From NCBI GenBank assembly GCA_965223875.1, contig OZ245024.1, positions 2,483,211 to 2,547,210 of the forward strand: DNA of 64,000 nt. The letters are read 5' to 3'. Below the pieces are notes generated by a model. It had not been told where the DNA came from and did not search any database. It was given only the letters and a program-made list of their open reading frames with translations. Position numbers and translations under genes: made by a program. Shown piece after piece: positions 28,459 to 38,646 of the stretch. How positions within the stretch are numbered: position 1 is the stretch's first letter; the number at the start of each line of letters is the position of its first letter. The stretch is from Candidatus Multivoradales bacterium (GTDB lineage: Bacteria > Acidobacteriota > Thermoanaerobaculia > Multivoradales > JAHEKO01).

Positions 28459-29175
28459 CTACTTTGCGACGTCGTCCGAGGACATGTCGACGGTGATCAT
28501 GAAGCCCGTCGTGCCCCGGAACTCGAAGGCCTTGTCGCCGACCTTCCAGGTCTCGATCTCGTTCGGCATCATCCTGAAACCGTCGTTGCGAGGCGCCCCG
28601 AAGTAGGCGATGTTCTCGAGCACACCCGTTTCCCCACCCAGACCCGGGTGCTTGTTGAGAATGGTGTGGGCCCTCTCGCCACCGTCGAGCTTGGCCTCGG
28701 CGCGATCCTCGGTGGCGGTCCATTCGATGTCGCCGTCCTCGGCGACCTCGAACGACTGCCACTCGACCGGGAAGATGTGCGACAGCGCCTTGGCCACTCC
28801 GGCCTTCTGCGCGTCCGTCGTCCCCTTCTGGAAGGTTACGATGGCCCACTCGGTCTTGCCGTCGTCCCACGCCTCGCCGAGGTCTCCCGCGACCCAGAAC
28901 TTCACACCCGCCAGGTCGGTGTCGCCATGGTGTCCTTCGTTGACCTTGTAGGCCATGTTGAATTTGCAGAAATGCTCGCCGTCGTGGGCTGCATGGGACG
29001 CGGGCTCGGTGTTGAAGTAGCACTGACAGAACATCGGGCAGCTACAGGCCTCGATGACCGTGCCGTTGAAGTGCCAGTCGTCGTCCCCCGCGGTCAACGG
29101 CAGCGACGCGGCGCCCACCAGCAGCACCAGCGCCGCGATCGCGAGCTTGAACGGAACAGGGTTGCCTCGACTCAT
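28459..29175 (-). CDS. DUF1326-like secreted protein (CxCPxxCxC motif)
   Basis: Trimmed to the Met before the signal peptide, with GGAGG upstream. Motif ACSCPMFCQCYF. Confidence 0.5.
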   Translation of the reverse strand: MSRGNPVPFKLAIAALVLLVGAASLPLTAGDDDWHFNGTVIEACSCPMFCQCYFNTEPASHAAHDGEHFCKFNMAYKVNEGHHGDTDLAGVKFWVAGDLGEAWDDGKTEWAIVTFQKGTTDAQKAGVAKALSHIFPVEWQSFEVAEDGDIEWTATEDRAEAKLDGGERAHTILNKHPGLGGETGVLENIAYFGAPRNDGFRMMPNEIETWKVGDKAFEFRGTTGFMITVDMSSDDVAK

Positions 29176-29532
29176 ACTTCCTCCCCTCTGAGGTTGAAAG
29201 TGCGGCCGCCGAGAATCTCCCACGGGACAGCGCCCAGCGCGCCCCTCGCGCCAAGTCCCGGATAGCCACGACTTACGGTGATTCCCTGGATCGTAATCCC
29301 TGGCGCGCCCCGTGGTCAAACGCTCCGGCAACCTCCTGGTGGCCAGCGACACTCGAACGGATACCGCGTGAGTGGGTCATCGGAGCCGAGATCGAGGCGC
29401 GCTGACGCAGGAATAGCGGGGCTCTGCCGAGCAAGCCCAACGATGGGACCGGCACCGAGGGGGAATCGGCTTCGAGGGGGGATCGGCTTCGAGGGCCGCT
29501 CAGGCGGTATTCGTTTGGGTGTTACAGGGCCA

Positions 29533-29973
29533 CTAGGACCGCGATCGACCGCCCACGAGCACGCCTGCCGCTCCGACGAGGGGAATGAGCCAGGGATACC
29601 ACACGGGATTGCGCGCGTGCTCGCCCGCCTCCGTGAACGTCATCTCGGCAACGGGCTTGTCGATCACATCAGCGGTCTCGTAGGCCCACTCCGTGGTCAG
29701 CGCGAAGACCAGTCCGAGCGCCAGGACCAGACCGACGAGTATCTTCACTGCGGCCGCCGAGTGGCCGAGACGCCGAGCCGTGTAGCCGCCCACCACCGCG
29801 GCGAGAAAGCCGAAGACGATGTTCATCGCAGTCCAGACCGTCGATGGCTCCGGTCCTTCGCCGGCGAACGCCCCCTCCCCACCCAGCACCGCCCAGGCCA
29901 GACCGATTCCGATGAATACGACGATCACCATCACGATATAGCCACCGATGGCTGCCAGGATGTCTCGCAGCAT
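29533..29973 (-). CDS. Small membrane protein, 4 TM, unknown function
   Basis: Hydrophobicity pattern only. Confidence 0.4.
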   Translation of the reverse strand: MLRDILAAIGGYIVMVIVVFIGIGLAWAVLGGEGAFAGEGPEPSTVWTAMNIVFGFLAAVVGGYTARRLGHSAAAVKILVGLVLALGLVFALTTEWAYETADVIDKPVAEMTFTEAGEHARNPVWYPWLIPLVGAAGVLVGGRSRS

Positions 29974-30132
29974 GTCGCGCCTCCTCTGGAGGCATTCTAT
30001 GCCCGCGCTCGACCACCGGCCGGCCCGCCATGCTCTCCGTTCGAGAGGAGGCCGGCCGAGCGCCTTTCCACAAACAGGAGAAACCCGAAATCCTCGCCAA
30101 CGTACCTATCGGGTAGCCTGACGGCCAGAGCC

Positions 30133-31266
30133 ATGCGACCACGCCACGTCCTCCTTTCCTGCCTCGCCACCCTCCTCCTCGCCACGTCGGCCGCTACCCA
30201 GCCGGCTGACGGGGCAGCGGAGTCCTCGCAGCTCATCGACCGCATGCTCGACGCGCTCGGGGGCCGCGAAGCCATCGCGGCGGTGAGGAGCCTCTCCGCC
30301 GAGGCCCGCTGTACAGGCCCTGGCGGCGACTTCGACACCTGGATCGACTCGTTCCGGCCCGGGCTGACCTATTTCCGCCAGGAGACCGACGACGGCGCCG
30401 CGGAGATCTGGAGTACCGGGGAGTCGACCTGGCACCTCGACGGGGAGGGTGCGGTCACCGAGTTGCCCGGCCCGACGCGCTACTTCGTCCGCTCCCACGA
30501 GTTCCACCTGCTCCTCTTCGAGATCGAGAGCAGGTTCTCCGACCACCATCTCGGCGCCTGGAGCGAAGTGGGTGCCCGGCGTTGCCGGGAGATCGAGATG
30601 ACCGACGGCTCCGGCCAGCCGGCCTCGCTCTGCGTCGCCGAAAGTGACGGCCTGCCGCTACGGCTCGAGATGAACCCGCAGGGTGCCCAGGGGCCGGTGA
30701 ACATCACCTTCGGCGACTGGCGCGAGATCGGCGACGTCTGGTACTTCTTCCACTTCGATCTCACCGAGGGTTCCGAGCGCACCTTCACCTACGACTACGA
30801 GAGGCTCGAGCCCGACACGGTCGACGCTCTCCGCTTCGTCCGACCCGCCGCGCTGCACCAGCGCGAGGAGCAGGAAGCGCTTCTCGACCTCCTTCGAAGC
30901 GACCGCCGGGCGCATCTCGAGACCGACGCAGCCGCGATCGCCGCCAACGTCGCCGCCACTCTGGTCGAGGTCTCCTCCGGAGCCGTCAGTGTCTCGTCTC
31001 GCCAGGAGGTCGAGTCGCTCTTCACCACGGTGTTCGACGGCGCCGACTACGAGCTCTGGGAAGATACCGAGCCGCCGAAGGTCAGGCTCTCCCGGGACTC
31101 CAGCATGGCCTGGGTGGTGCGGCGGGTACGGGTACGGCGCCAGGCACCTGGTCCCGATGGCGACAGACAGCTCCAGGAGTTCACCAGCGCCTACACCGCC
31201 ACCTACGAGAGACGGGACGGACGGTGGCTGATGACCTCGGTGACCTCGACGTTCCCGTCACCCTGA
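30133..31266 (+). CDS. Secreted protein with C-terminal NTF2/SnoaL-like (DUF4440-like) domain
   Basis: Trimmed to MRPRHVLLSCLATLLLATSAATQ (signal). The C-terminal about 130 aa (SYTATYERRDGRWLM) has the typical NTF2-like ending. Confidence 0.4.
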   Translation: MRPRHVLLSCLATLLLATSAATQPADGAAESSQLIDRMLDALGGREAIAAVRSLSAEARCTGPGGDFDTWIDSFRPGLTYFRQETDDGAAEIWSTGESTWHLDGEGAVTELPGPTRYFVRSHEFHLLLFEIESRFSDHHLGAWSEVGARRCREIEMTDGSGQPASLCVAESDGLPLRLEMNPQGAQGPVNITFGDWREIGDVWYFFHFDLTEGSERTFTYDYERLEPDTVDALRFVRPAALHQREEQEALLDLLRSDRRAHLETDAAAIAANVAATLVEVSSGAVSVSSRQEVESLFTTVFDGADYELWEDTEPPKVRLSRDSSMAWVVRRVRVRRQAPGPDGDRQLQEFTSAYTATYERRDGRWLMTSVTSTFPSP

Positions 31267-31515
31267 GTCCCATCCCGACGACCCGAGGTGAAGTCGATCG
31301 ACCCCTGTTCCGAACGACGAGACGGGTGGACCGCACGATATCGACAGGCGCCTCGCCTCGCTCCTCCCGCGGACCGCTGCGCCTCGCTCACAGACTGTCT
31401 CCCGGCCCTCCGGCCAGCGACCCGGGTTCGCGGATTCGGCGGTTGCGCATGAACTTCCACAGAGGAATTCCGCGGACCGCGAAGGATTGTTCCCGCTCGT
31501 GCATCAAAGAACCGT

Positions 31516-34107
31516 ATGGGAGTCACCTCCGCTCGACCAGGCCGCCTGTTCACGGACCCTCGCCACGGGAAGCGTTCGCTGCCTGGCCCCGCACCCGCAA
31601 GAGTAGAGACCGACGGTAAGCACTTCACGCGAGCCGGCAGACCCCGCCTCATCAAGGGCGTCACATACGGCAGCTTCAAACGTCGCCTCGACGGGGCGCT
31701 CTATCCGCCGACCGAGGTCGTCGAGCGCGATCTGCGCGCCATGGCCGAAGCTGGTGTCAACACCGTCAGGCTCTACACCACACCTCCCGGGGATCTGCTG
31801 GACGCCGCGGACGCCCTCGGCCTCGGCCTGATCGTCGGCATCGACTACCACGACTGGCGCATGGAGCCGGCGACGAACCGGTCCGCCCGCCGTCGTATCG
31901 CACGGGCCGCGAGACGGGAGCTCGATCGAGCTCTCGAGACCTGCGTCGGGCACGCCAGCGTGCTTGCGATCGCCGTCGGCAACGAGGTTCCCGTGGACCT
32001 CGTGCGACTGCACGGCACGCGGCACGTCGAAGACACGCTGAACGAGCTCATCGAGCGCGTCCACACCTTCTGTCCGGACCTCCTGGCGACCTACGTCAAC
32101 TTCCCGACGACCGAGTTTCTGGAGATCGAATCGCAGGACTTCGTCAGCTTCAACGTCTTTCTGGAGGATCCGGAAGCACTGCGCCGGTACCTGAGACACC
32201 TCCAGATAGTCGCCGGCCCGAAGCCGCTGGTCCTCACCGAGCTCGGTCTGGCCGGGGACATCCACGGAGAGGCGACTCAGGCGCAGTCCGTCGCGTCCCA
32301 GCTGACGATCGCCACCGAGACCGGCTGTGCCGGTGCCTGCGTCTTTTCCTGGACCGACGAGTGGGCCGTCGACGACGAGCCCGTCGATGGATGGGGGTTT
32401 GGGCTGACGACGTCGGAGCGCGCGGCCAAACCGGCCCTCGGGGCGTTCTCGAACTGGACCTCTCGCCCGCTGGGCGACCTGAGGCCGCTATGGCCGCGGA
32501 TCTCGGTCGTCGTCTGCGCTCACAACGAGGAGGCGACCATCGAGGAGTGCCTGACCTCACTGGCCGAGACCGACTACCCCGACCTCGAGGTCATCGTCTG
32601 CGTCGACGGCTCCACCGACCGCACCTTCGAGATCGCTTCCCGCTTCCCCTTCCAGGTCTACGACCTGCCCCACGGCGGGCTCAGCCGAGCACGCAATCGG
32701 GGGCTGGCCGCCGCCTCGGGTGAGATCACCGCCTACCTCGACGCCGACGCGGCCTGTCACCCGTACTGGCCGTACTACCTGGCCCTCTCCCTGGAAGACC
32801 CCGAGATCGTGGCCACCGGAGGCCCCAACCTCCCCTTCCCCTCTGCCGGACTCGTCGAAGAGGCCGTGGCCCTGTCGCCGGGAGATCCGGTCGAGGTGCT
32901 GATCGGGGACGATCGCGCCGAGCACGTTCCCGGCTGCAACATGGCGTTCCGAACCGAGGAGCTCGAGGCCGCCGGCGGCTTCAACGTCGCGTGCACCGTC
33001 GCCGGCGACGACGTCGACATCTGCTGGCGCCTACTCGATCGGCAGCGGCAGATCGGCTTTGCGCCGGCTGCCCAGGTACGCCACCACCGCCGGGATCGGA
33101 TCGGACGCTACCTCAGGCAACAGCTCGGCTACGGCAGGGCCGAGAAGATGCTCTCGGGTGCCCATCCCCACAGGTACAACGGGCTCGGCCAGGCGATGTG
33201 GACCGGCTTCGTCTACACCAAGGCGCGTCTCCTGCCGAGTCTCCTCGCGCCGGTGGTCTACCACGGCTACCAGGGGATGGCACCGTTCCAGTCGATCCAG
33301 GGACGGCCCGCTCAAGCCGCCATCGGATGGGTCGGCGCCCGGCTGCCCCTGTTGCTTCCGCTGGCCATCGGTGGCCTCGTGCTCGCACCGATGGACCGGG
33401 CCTGGCTGGCGCTTCCGGTCGTGAGCCTGCTGGTCCTCGCGCTCTACGCGCTCTCGGTTGGCCTCGGACTACGCTCACGCGGTGGAGACGCGCCCTCGCG
33501 ACGCGTTCGAGGGCTTGCCGGTCTGCTCCACGTGGCCCAGCCCTTCGCGAGACTCTGGGGTCGCCTTCGCGGCAAGCCCCTGGAGCCGGTGGATCGGCCC
33601 GTGAGCTGGCAGGGCGATCGATCGCGATGGCTCCAGGTGCTGAAACGGCGGCTCGAGATCGCCGGGGTACGTACGACAGTCGGAGGACCCACCGATGACT
33701 GGGACCTCGAGGCCCGGCACGGGATCTTCCTGACGGCTCGGATCAGCACGGCAGTGGTCTGGAATTGGGAGCCGCGATGGCGGGTGCGGTGGCGTCCTCG
33801 CGGTGGAGCGTTGGCATGGCTCGCGGCAGGAGTGAGCGCCCTGTACCTGGGTGCGACGGCGGCGGGAGCCGTCCTCCTCGGTGGCGGTGCTCTCGCCCTG
33901 CTCGAGCTGCTGTCGCTCCGGCGGGCGATCATCGTCGCCCTCCGCGCATCGACACGCGGAGCCGGAGAGGGCGAAGAGCCCGTGGTCGAAACGACTCCAT
34001 CACGGCCGACCCTGGTCGGAGAGAGCCCGGAGCCCCTGCTCTTCGAACGCTCCGCCTTCTCCACTCGAGACGTGATTCCGGCCGTACAGAAGGCTCACAG
34101 GCGATGA
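31516..34107 (+). CDS. Fusion protein: clan-A-like glycoside hydrolase TIM-barrel + GT2 glycosyltransferase + C-terminal multi-TM region
   Basis: The N-terminal about 300 aa carry NTVRLY, GNEVP (acid/base-like) and TELGLAG (nucleophile-like) motifs. The middle domain carries ISVVVCAHNEE...VCVDGSTD...LDADA...GCNMAFRTEELEAAGGF...DDVDICWRL, typical of GT2. At least 4 TM helices lie in the last about 300 aa. The start is uncertain. Confidence 0.7.
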   Translation: MGVTSARPGRLFTDPRHGKRSLPGPAPARVETDGKHFTRAGRPRLIKGVTYGSFKRRLDGALYPPTEVVERDLRAMAEAGVNTVRLYTTPPGDLLDAADALGLGLIVGIDYHDWRMEPATNRSARRRIARAARRELDRALETCVGHASVLAIAVGNEVPVDLVRLHGTRHVEDTLNELIERVHTFCPDLLATYVNFPTTEFLEIESQDFVSFNVFLEDPEALRRYLRHLQIVAGPKPLVLTELGLAGDIHGEATQAQSVASQLTIATETGCAGACVFSWTDEWAVDDEPVDGWGFGLTTSERAAKPALGAFSNWTSRPLGDLRPLWPRISVVVCAHNEEATIEECLTSLAETDYPDLEVIVCVDGSTDRTFEIASRFPFQVYDLPHGGLSRARNRGLAAASGEITAYLDADAACHPYWPYYLALSLEDPEIVATGGPNLPFPSAGLVEEAVALSPGDPVEVLIGDDRAEHVPGCNMAFRTEELEAAGGFNVACTVAGDDVDICWRLLDRQRQIGFAPAAQVRHHRRDRIGRYLRQQLGYGRAEKMLSGAHPHRYNGLGQAMWTGFVYTKARLLPSLLAPVVYHGYQGMAPFQSIQGRPAQAAIGWVGARLPLLLPLAIGGLVLAPMDRAWLALPVVSLLVLALYALSVGLGLRSRGGDAPSRRVRGLAGLLHVAQPFARLWGRLRGKPLEPVDRPVSWQGDRSRWLQVLKRRLEIAGVRTTVGGPTDDWDLEARHGIFLTARISTAVVWNWEPRWRVRWRPRGGALAWLAAGVSALYLGATAAGAVLLGGGALALLELLSLRRAIIVALRASTRGAGEGEEPVVETTPSRPTLVGESPEPLLFERSAFSTRDVIPAVQKAHRR

Positions 34108-35321
34108 AGACGGTAGCGGCCAACGGCCTCAGCTACCCGCCGGCGGATCGCGGCAGGGTCGTGGTCTGGGGACTGATGGCCTCCCTGCCCTTCGGCGGCA
34201 TGATCTGGCAGGCGCTGCACTACCTCGTCGGTCTGCGGCGTCTCGGCTTCGACGTCTGGTATGTCGAGGATTCCGATCGTGTCGTCTACGACCCGGTGCG
34301 CTTCTGGCCGACCCTCGACTACTCGGCCAACGTCGAGCGGCTCGACGAGCACATGCGAGACGCCGGCCTTGGCGACCGGTGGGTCTTCCGACCCCCCGAG
34401 GTCCACGAGTTCTGTCTGGGTGCGGCCGACGACCCCGCCGCTCTGCAGCGCATCTACGAAAGCTGTGATGCCGCCATCAACCTGTGCGGCGCGCAGGAGA
34501 TGCGTCCTGAGCACCGAGCGATCCCCCGCCTCGTATACCTCCAGACCGACCCGACCGCCGACCAGGTCCGGGTGGCGTGTGGCCGCCGACCCAAGATCGA
34601 GGAGCTCGAGGCATACGACTATCTGTTCACCTACGGCGAGAACATCGGCGACGACGACTGCGGGATTCCGGTCAAGCGCTTCGACTGGCTGACCACGCGC
34701 CCGCCGGTGCTCATGGACTGGTGGGCGAACGGCAACGGAGCCGAGCCCGAGCGCAAGCTGACGACCATCTCCAACTGGAAGCGCTTCCCGAAGAAGAACG
34801 TCACCTGGAAGGGCGAGACCTGGAGCTGGAACAAGCAGGACGAGATCCGCCGCTTCATTACGCTGCCGGAGAGATCGACGCTACCCCTCGAGCTGGCGCT
34901 GGGCGGGGTCGTCAGCGACCGTGAGAAGGACCTGCTGCGCGGCCACGGCTGGCAGGTACGGTCCGCCGCCGAGATCTCGGACGCCGAGGCCTACCGCGCC
35001 TACGTCCGGCACTCGATGGGAGAGCTGACGATCGCCAAGGAGCAGTACGTGATCCCCCGCTCCGGCTGGTTCAGCGACCGGAGCGTCTGCTACCTCGCGT
35101 CGGGTGGTCCCGTGGTCACGCAGAACACCGCCTTCGGCAAGCGCATCCCGACCGGCGAGGGACTGTTCGCGTTCGATGTCGCCGACCAGGCCATCGACGC
35201 CATCGACGAGATCTCCGGCGACTACCGGCGCCACTCGAAGGCGGCCGCGGAGATCGCCGCGGCGTACTTCTCGTGCGACGTGGTCCTTCCGGCGATGCTC
35301 GAGAAGGCAGGGTTGGGCTGA
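34104..35321 (+). CDS. Putative GT-B-fold glycosyltransferase-like protein (unclassified)
   Basis: ATGA overlap with the upstream gene. The N-terminus SLPFGGMIWQALHYLVGLRRLGFDVWYV and the C-terminal SDRSVCYLASGGPVVTQNT resemble GT-B donor-binding elements. Weak assignment. Confidence 0.35.
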   Translation: MKTVAANGLSYPPADRGRVVVWGLMASLPFGGMIWQALHYLVGLRRLGFDVWYVEDSDRVVYDPVRFWPTLDYSANVERLDEHMRDAGLGDRWVFRPPEVHEFCLGAADDPAALQRIYESCDAAINLCGAQEMRPEHRAIPRLVYLQTDPTADQVRVACGRRPKIEELEAYDYLFTYGENIGDDDCGIPVKRFDWLTTRPPVLMDWWANGNGAEPERKLTTISNWKRFPKKNVTWKGETWSWNKQDEIRRFITLPERSTLPLELALGGVVSDREKDLLRGHGWQVRSAAEISDAEAYRAYVRHSMGELTIAKEQYVIPRSGWFSDRSVCYLASGGPVVTQNTAFGKRIPTGEGLFAFDVADQAIDAIDEISGDYRRHSKAAAEIAAAYFSCDVVLPAMLEKAGLG

Positions 35322-36397
35322 TGAGCCGAACGCTTCGCATCGCCCAGATCGCGCCGCTGTGGACCAGTGTGCCGCCAGCCACCTACGGAGGCGCCGAGCT
35401 CATGGTCCACTGGCTGACCGAGGAGCTGGTGAGCCGGGGGCATCAGGTCGACCTGTTCGCTTCCGGCGACTCGGTGACCCGGGCCACGCTGCACTCCGTC
35501 TGCGAACGTCACCTCATCGAGGCGATGGAGCGCGGCGAGGCGCATGTCTACGAGCCCTGGGCGGCGGCCGCGATGGCCGAGGCTCTCGCCAGGGACTCCG
35601 AATACGACGTCATCCACTGCCATCTCGGCGCCTCGATGGCGCCCCTGGGACGGCTGGCTCGCACACCGGTCGTCCATACGATTCACACCGATCTGAAAGC
35701 CGTCGACGAGCTCCGGATCCTCGAGCTCTACCCCGATGTCCCGATCGCCGCCATCAGTGCCTCGCAAGTGAGCGGGCTCCCGGAAGACCGCCGCGGTCCT
35801 TTGCGGATCATCCATCACGGCTGCGATTTCGACACCTACGAGCCGCGGTACGAGGCGGGCGAGCACCTGGCCTTCCTCGGCCGGATGGGACCCCACAAGA
35901 ATCCCGTCGGCGCGATCGACATCGCGCGTGGCGCGGGAATGCCCCTGGTCATGGCGGGCTCGCCGCAGGACGAGGCGGAAGCGGAGTACTTCACCAGGGA
36001 GGTAGAGCCGAGGATCGACGGCGAAACCGTCCTCTGGCTCGGTGACGTCGACCATCCGGCCAAGGTCGATCTGCTCCGCAAGGCCGCGGCACTGCTCTTT
36101 CCGATCGAGTGGGACGAGCCCTTCGGTCTGGTCATGATCGAGGCGATGGCCTGCGGGACGCCGGTGCTGGCCCATCGACGCGGCTCGGTACCCGAGGTCA
36201 TCGAGCACGGCGTTACCGGCTTCCACGCCGAGACTCCGGGCCTGCTCCGCACGCTGGTCGGGAGAACCCGGTCGCTCGATCGTCGCAGGGTGCACGAAGC
36301 GGCCAGGCGCCGTTTCGGCCATCGACGCATGGTCGACGACTACGTCGATCTCTACCGACAACTGGCCACGGGGGTGACGCAGTGGAAGGCCGGGTGA
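35321..36397 (+). CDS. GT4 glycosyltransferase
   Basis: Classic PLWTSVPPATYGGAELMVHWL N-terminus and EPFGLVMIEAMACGTPVLAHRRGSVPEVIEHGVTGF C-terminal motif. Confidence 0.85.
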   Translation: MSRTLRIAQIAPLWTSVPPATYGGAELMVHWLTEELVSRGHQVDLFASGDSVTRATLHSVCERHLIEAMERGEAHVYEPWAAAAMAEALARDSEYDVIHCHLGASMAPLGRLARTPVVHTIHTDLKAVDELRILELYPDVPIAAISASQVSGLPEDRRGPLRIIHHGCDFDTYEPRYEAGEHLAFLGRMGPHKNPVGAIDIARGAGMPLVMAGSPQDEAEAEYFTREVEPRIDGETVLWLGDVDHPAKVDLLRKAAALLFPIEWDEPFGLVMIEAMACGTPVLAHRRGSVPEVIEHGVTGFHAETPGLLRTLVGRTRSLDRRRVHEAARRRFGHRRMVDDYVDLYRQLATGVTQWKAG

Positions 36398-37467
36398 TCG
36401 GCGCCGAGCATCCCGCCGCCGTCGCGTGGCGCAAGCTGGCGGGCTCGGAGGCACGGCCGGACGAGATCGTCGCCTTCGAGCGGCGCTGGAAGAAGCGCCG
36501 GGCACGCCCCGTCTACCGGCTGCAACGGCGGACCGAGCCGGCCTTCGACGTCGTCGCCAAACCCTGCAGGAGCGACGAAGCCCTGCGCACCGCGGTCATC
36601 TACCGGCACCTACTCCCATACGTCCCGATCCGCTGCCCTCACCTGCTCGGTATCGTTCCGGGGGACGCAGACGACCGGTCATGGCTCTTCTTCGAGTGGG
36701 TCGAGGCGATGGAGTACGAACCGGCCGATCGCGCCCATCGTCGACTCGCCGGCCGCTGGCTGGCGACCCTGCACACGACCGCGGCCGAAGTGTGTGGAGG
36801 CACGCGAATCGCCCGACTCGACTATCTGTACGACCTCGACTCACCGGGGCTCCGGGAGCACCTGTCGACGATCGCCGCCCTTCTCGACGACGCTCTCACC
36901 GGCGGCGCCTTCTCCGACGACGATGCGCGGCTGCTGCGCTCCCTCGACGAAGGGCGCGCGGCGCTCGAGCGCCACTGGAGCGCCCTCGAGGACTTCACCC
37001 GCTCGGTCCCGCGAACCCTGGTCCACGGCGACTTCTGCGTCTCCAACATGCTGGTGAGCCACGAGGACCGGCTCGTGGTCTTCGACTGGCAGCGCTCGGG
37101 CTGGGCCAGCCCCGCGTTCGACCTGACCCGATTCCTCGGATCGTGGGCCGACCCCGACCTCGAGGCCTATCTCGACGTCACCGGGCGACACTGGCCCGGC
37201 TTCGATGCCGGGACGGTCCGCCGATTGGCCTACGTCGGCGAGATCCTGCGCTGGGTGGAGGCTGTCCGATGGGACGTGGCGCAGCTCGGCGGCGAATGGA
37301 CCGAGGGTCCACTGAGCCGCCTGCGGGTCTACCAGCGCTGGATGCGCGACATCCTGGAGGCGGCTCCCTGGACCGACGACGCTCCACTCGGCGGATCCGG
37401 CTGGCGCTCGGCCGTCCCCTACGAGCGGCCGGCCCGATTGGCGCCGGGAGCTCCCGTCCACGCATGA
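36382..37467 (+). CDS. APH/choline-kinase-like phosphotransferase (protein-kinase-like fold)
   Basis: GTG start overlapping the GT4 end. Brenner motif LVHGDFCVSNMLV followed by VVFDWQ (DFG-equivalent). Confidence 0.65.
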   Translation: MEGRVIGAEHPAAVAWRKLAGSEARPDEIVAFERRWKKRRARPVYRLQRRTEPAFDVVAKPCRSDEALRTAVIYRHLLPYVPIRCPHLLGIVPGDADDRSWLFFEWVEAMEYEPADRAHRRLAGRWLATLHTTAAEVCGGTRIARLDYLYDLDSPGLREHLSTIAALLDDALTGGAFSDDDARLLRSLDEGRAALERHWSALEDFTRSVPRTLVHGDFCVSNMLVSHEDRLVVFDWQRSGWASPAFDLTRFLGSWADPDLEAYLDVTGRHWPGFDAGTVRRLAYVGEILRWVEAVRWDVAQLGGEWTEGPLSRLRVYQRWMRDILEAAPWTDDAPLGGSGWRSAVPYERPARLAPGAPVHA

Positions 37468-37488
37468 GAGGCCAGGAGTGAGCGATTC

Positions 37489-38646
37489 GTGAGGTCTCCC
37501 GTGCCCCCAGGCATCTCGGCGAGCATCGTCGTCAACAACTACAACTACGGCGCCTTCCTCGCCGAAGCGATCGACAGCGCTCTCGCTCAGACATGGGAGC
37601 ACACCGAGGTGGTCGTGGTGGACGACGGATCGACGGACGACTCCGCCGACATCATCAACGCCTACGGCGATCGAATCGTCCCCGTGCTGAAGGCCAACGG
37701 TGGACAGGGATCGGCTTTCAACGCGGGCTACGCGGCGTCGGCGGGCGATGTCGTCATCTTTCTGGACGCCGACGACAGGCTCCGCCCGACGGCCGTCGAG
37801 GCGGCGGTTCCCCACTTCGCCGACCCGTCGACGGCCACGGTGCAGTGGAGGCTCACGGTGATCAACGCCGAGGGCCGGACGACCCCACAGCTCATCCCAC
37901 GCCGGCGGCCGCCGGTCGGCGACCTCACGCGGGCCGCGGTCGAGCGGGGCCCGGATCAGTTCCGCTGGGCGCCGACCTCGGGTACCGCCTGGTCGCGACG
38001 CTATCTCGAGCGGGTCCTGCCGGCACCCGAGCTCTACCGCCACGGCATCGACTGCTACCTGTTCCAGTTGGTGCCCTACTTCGGCAAGGCGGCGGCTCTG
38101 GAATCCTCCGAGAGCTTCTACCGGCTCCACGGCGCCAACGACAGCCGCACGATCGGCTTCGACAGAAAGCTCCGCCGGCAGGTCAGGTTCTACGACGACT
38201 ACTCGGCACGGGCCCTGGCGGAGTGCACTCGTCGAGGATGGGTCGCCGACCCGGCGCAGTGGAGAGCGAACTCCTGGTGGTGCCGTCTCGACCGGGCCGC
38301 CAGCGAGCTCGACGCGACCCTCGAGCCCGGCGCACCCTTCATCCTCGTCGACGAGAACAGTTGGGGGGTCGACGAGACCTTCAGCGGAAGGCCGGTGATG
38401 CGGTTCGTCGATCGCGACGGCAGGTACTGGGGCCCACCGGCCGACGACGCCAGTGCCGTCGCCGAGATCGAGCGTCTCCGCCAGGCGGGCGCGTCGGCGG
38501 TGGCTTTCGCCTGGAAATCGTTCTGGATGCTCGATCACTACCAGGGTCTCGCCGCCCGCCTGCATGACAACCATACCGTCCGGCTCGACAACGACCACCT
38601 GAAGATCTTCTCGCTCGACCGACGGATCGGAGGCGCCAGCCGATGA
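37489..38646 (+). CDS. GT2 glycosyltransferase with C-terminal about 105-aa domain shared with the downstream sulfotransferase
   Basis: ISASIVVNNYNYGAFLAEAIDSALAQT...VVVVDDGSTDDS...FLDADD (DxD). The C-terminal PFILVDENSWG...YWGPPADD...IERLRQAGASAVAFAWKSFWMLDHY...LKIFSL (about aa 270-377) aligns to aa about 198-306 of the ORF at 39648. Confidence 0.8.
   Translation: MRSPVPPGISASIVVNNYNYGAFLAEAIDSALAQTWEHTEVVVVDDGSTDDSADIINAYGDRIVPVLKANGGQGSAFNAGYAASAGDVVIFLDADDRLRPTAVEAAVPHFADPSTATVQWRLTVINAEGRTTPQLIPRRRPPVGDLTRAAVERGPDQFRWAPTSGTAWSRRYLERVLPAPELYRHGIDCYLFQLVPYFGKAAALESSESFYRLHGANDSRTIGFDRKLRRQVRFYDDYSARALAECTRRGWVADPAQWRANSWWCRLDRAASELDATLEPGAPFILVDENSWGVDETFSGRPVMRFVDRDGRYWGPPADDASAVAEIERLRQAGASAVAFAWKSFWMLDHYQGLAARLHDNHTVRLDNDHLKIFSLDRRIGGASR

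Noticed and set aside
31516-34107. Processive synthase (cellulose/chitin/hyaluronan-type) call for the GT2 domain
   Set aside because: No clear QxxRW motif is present (only QVRHH). The motifs fit generic GT2, so the synthase idea is kept as a hypothesis only.
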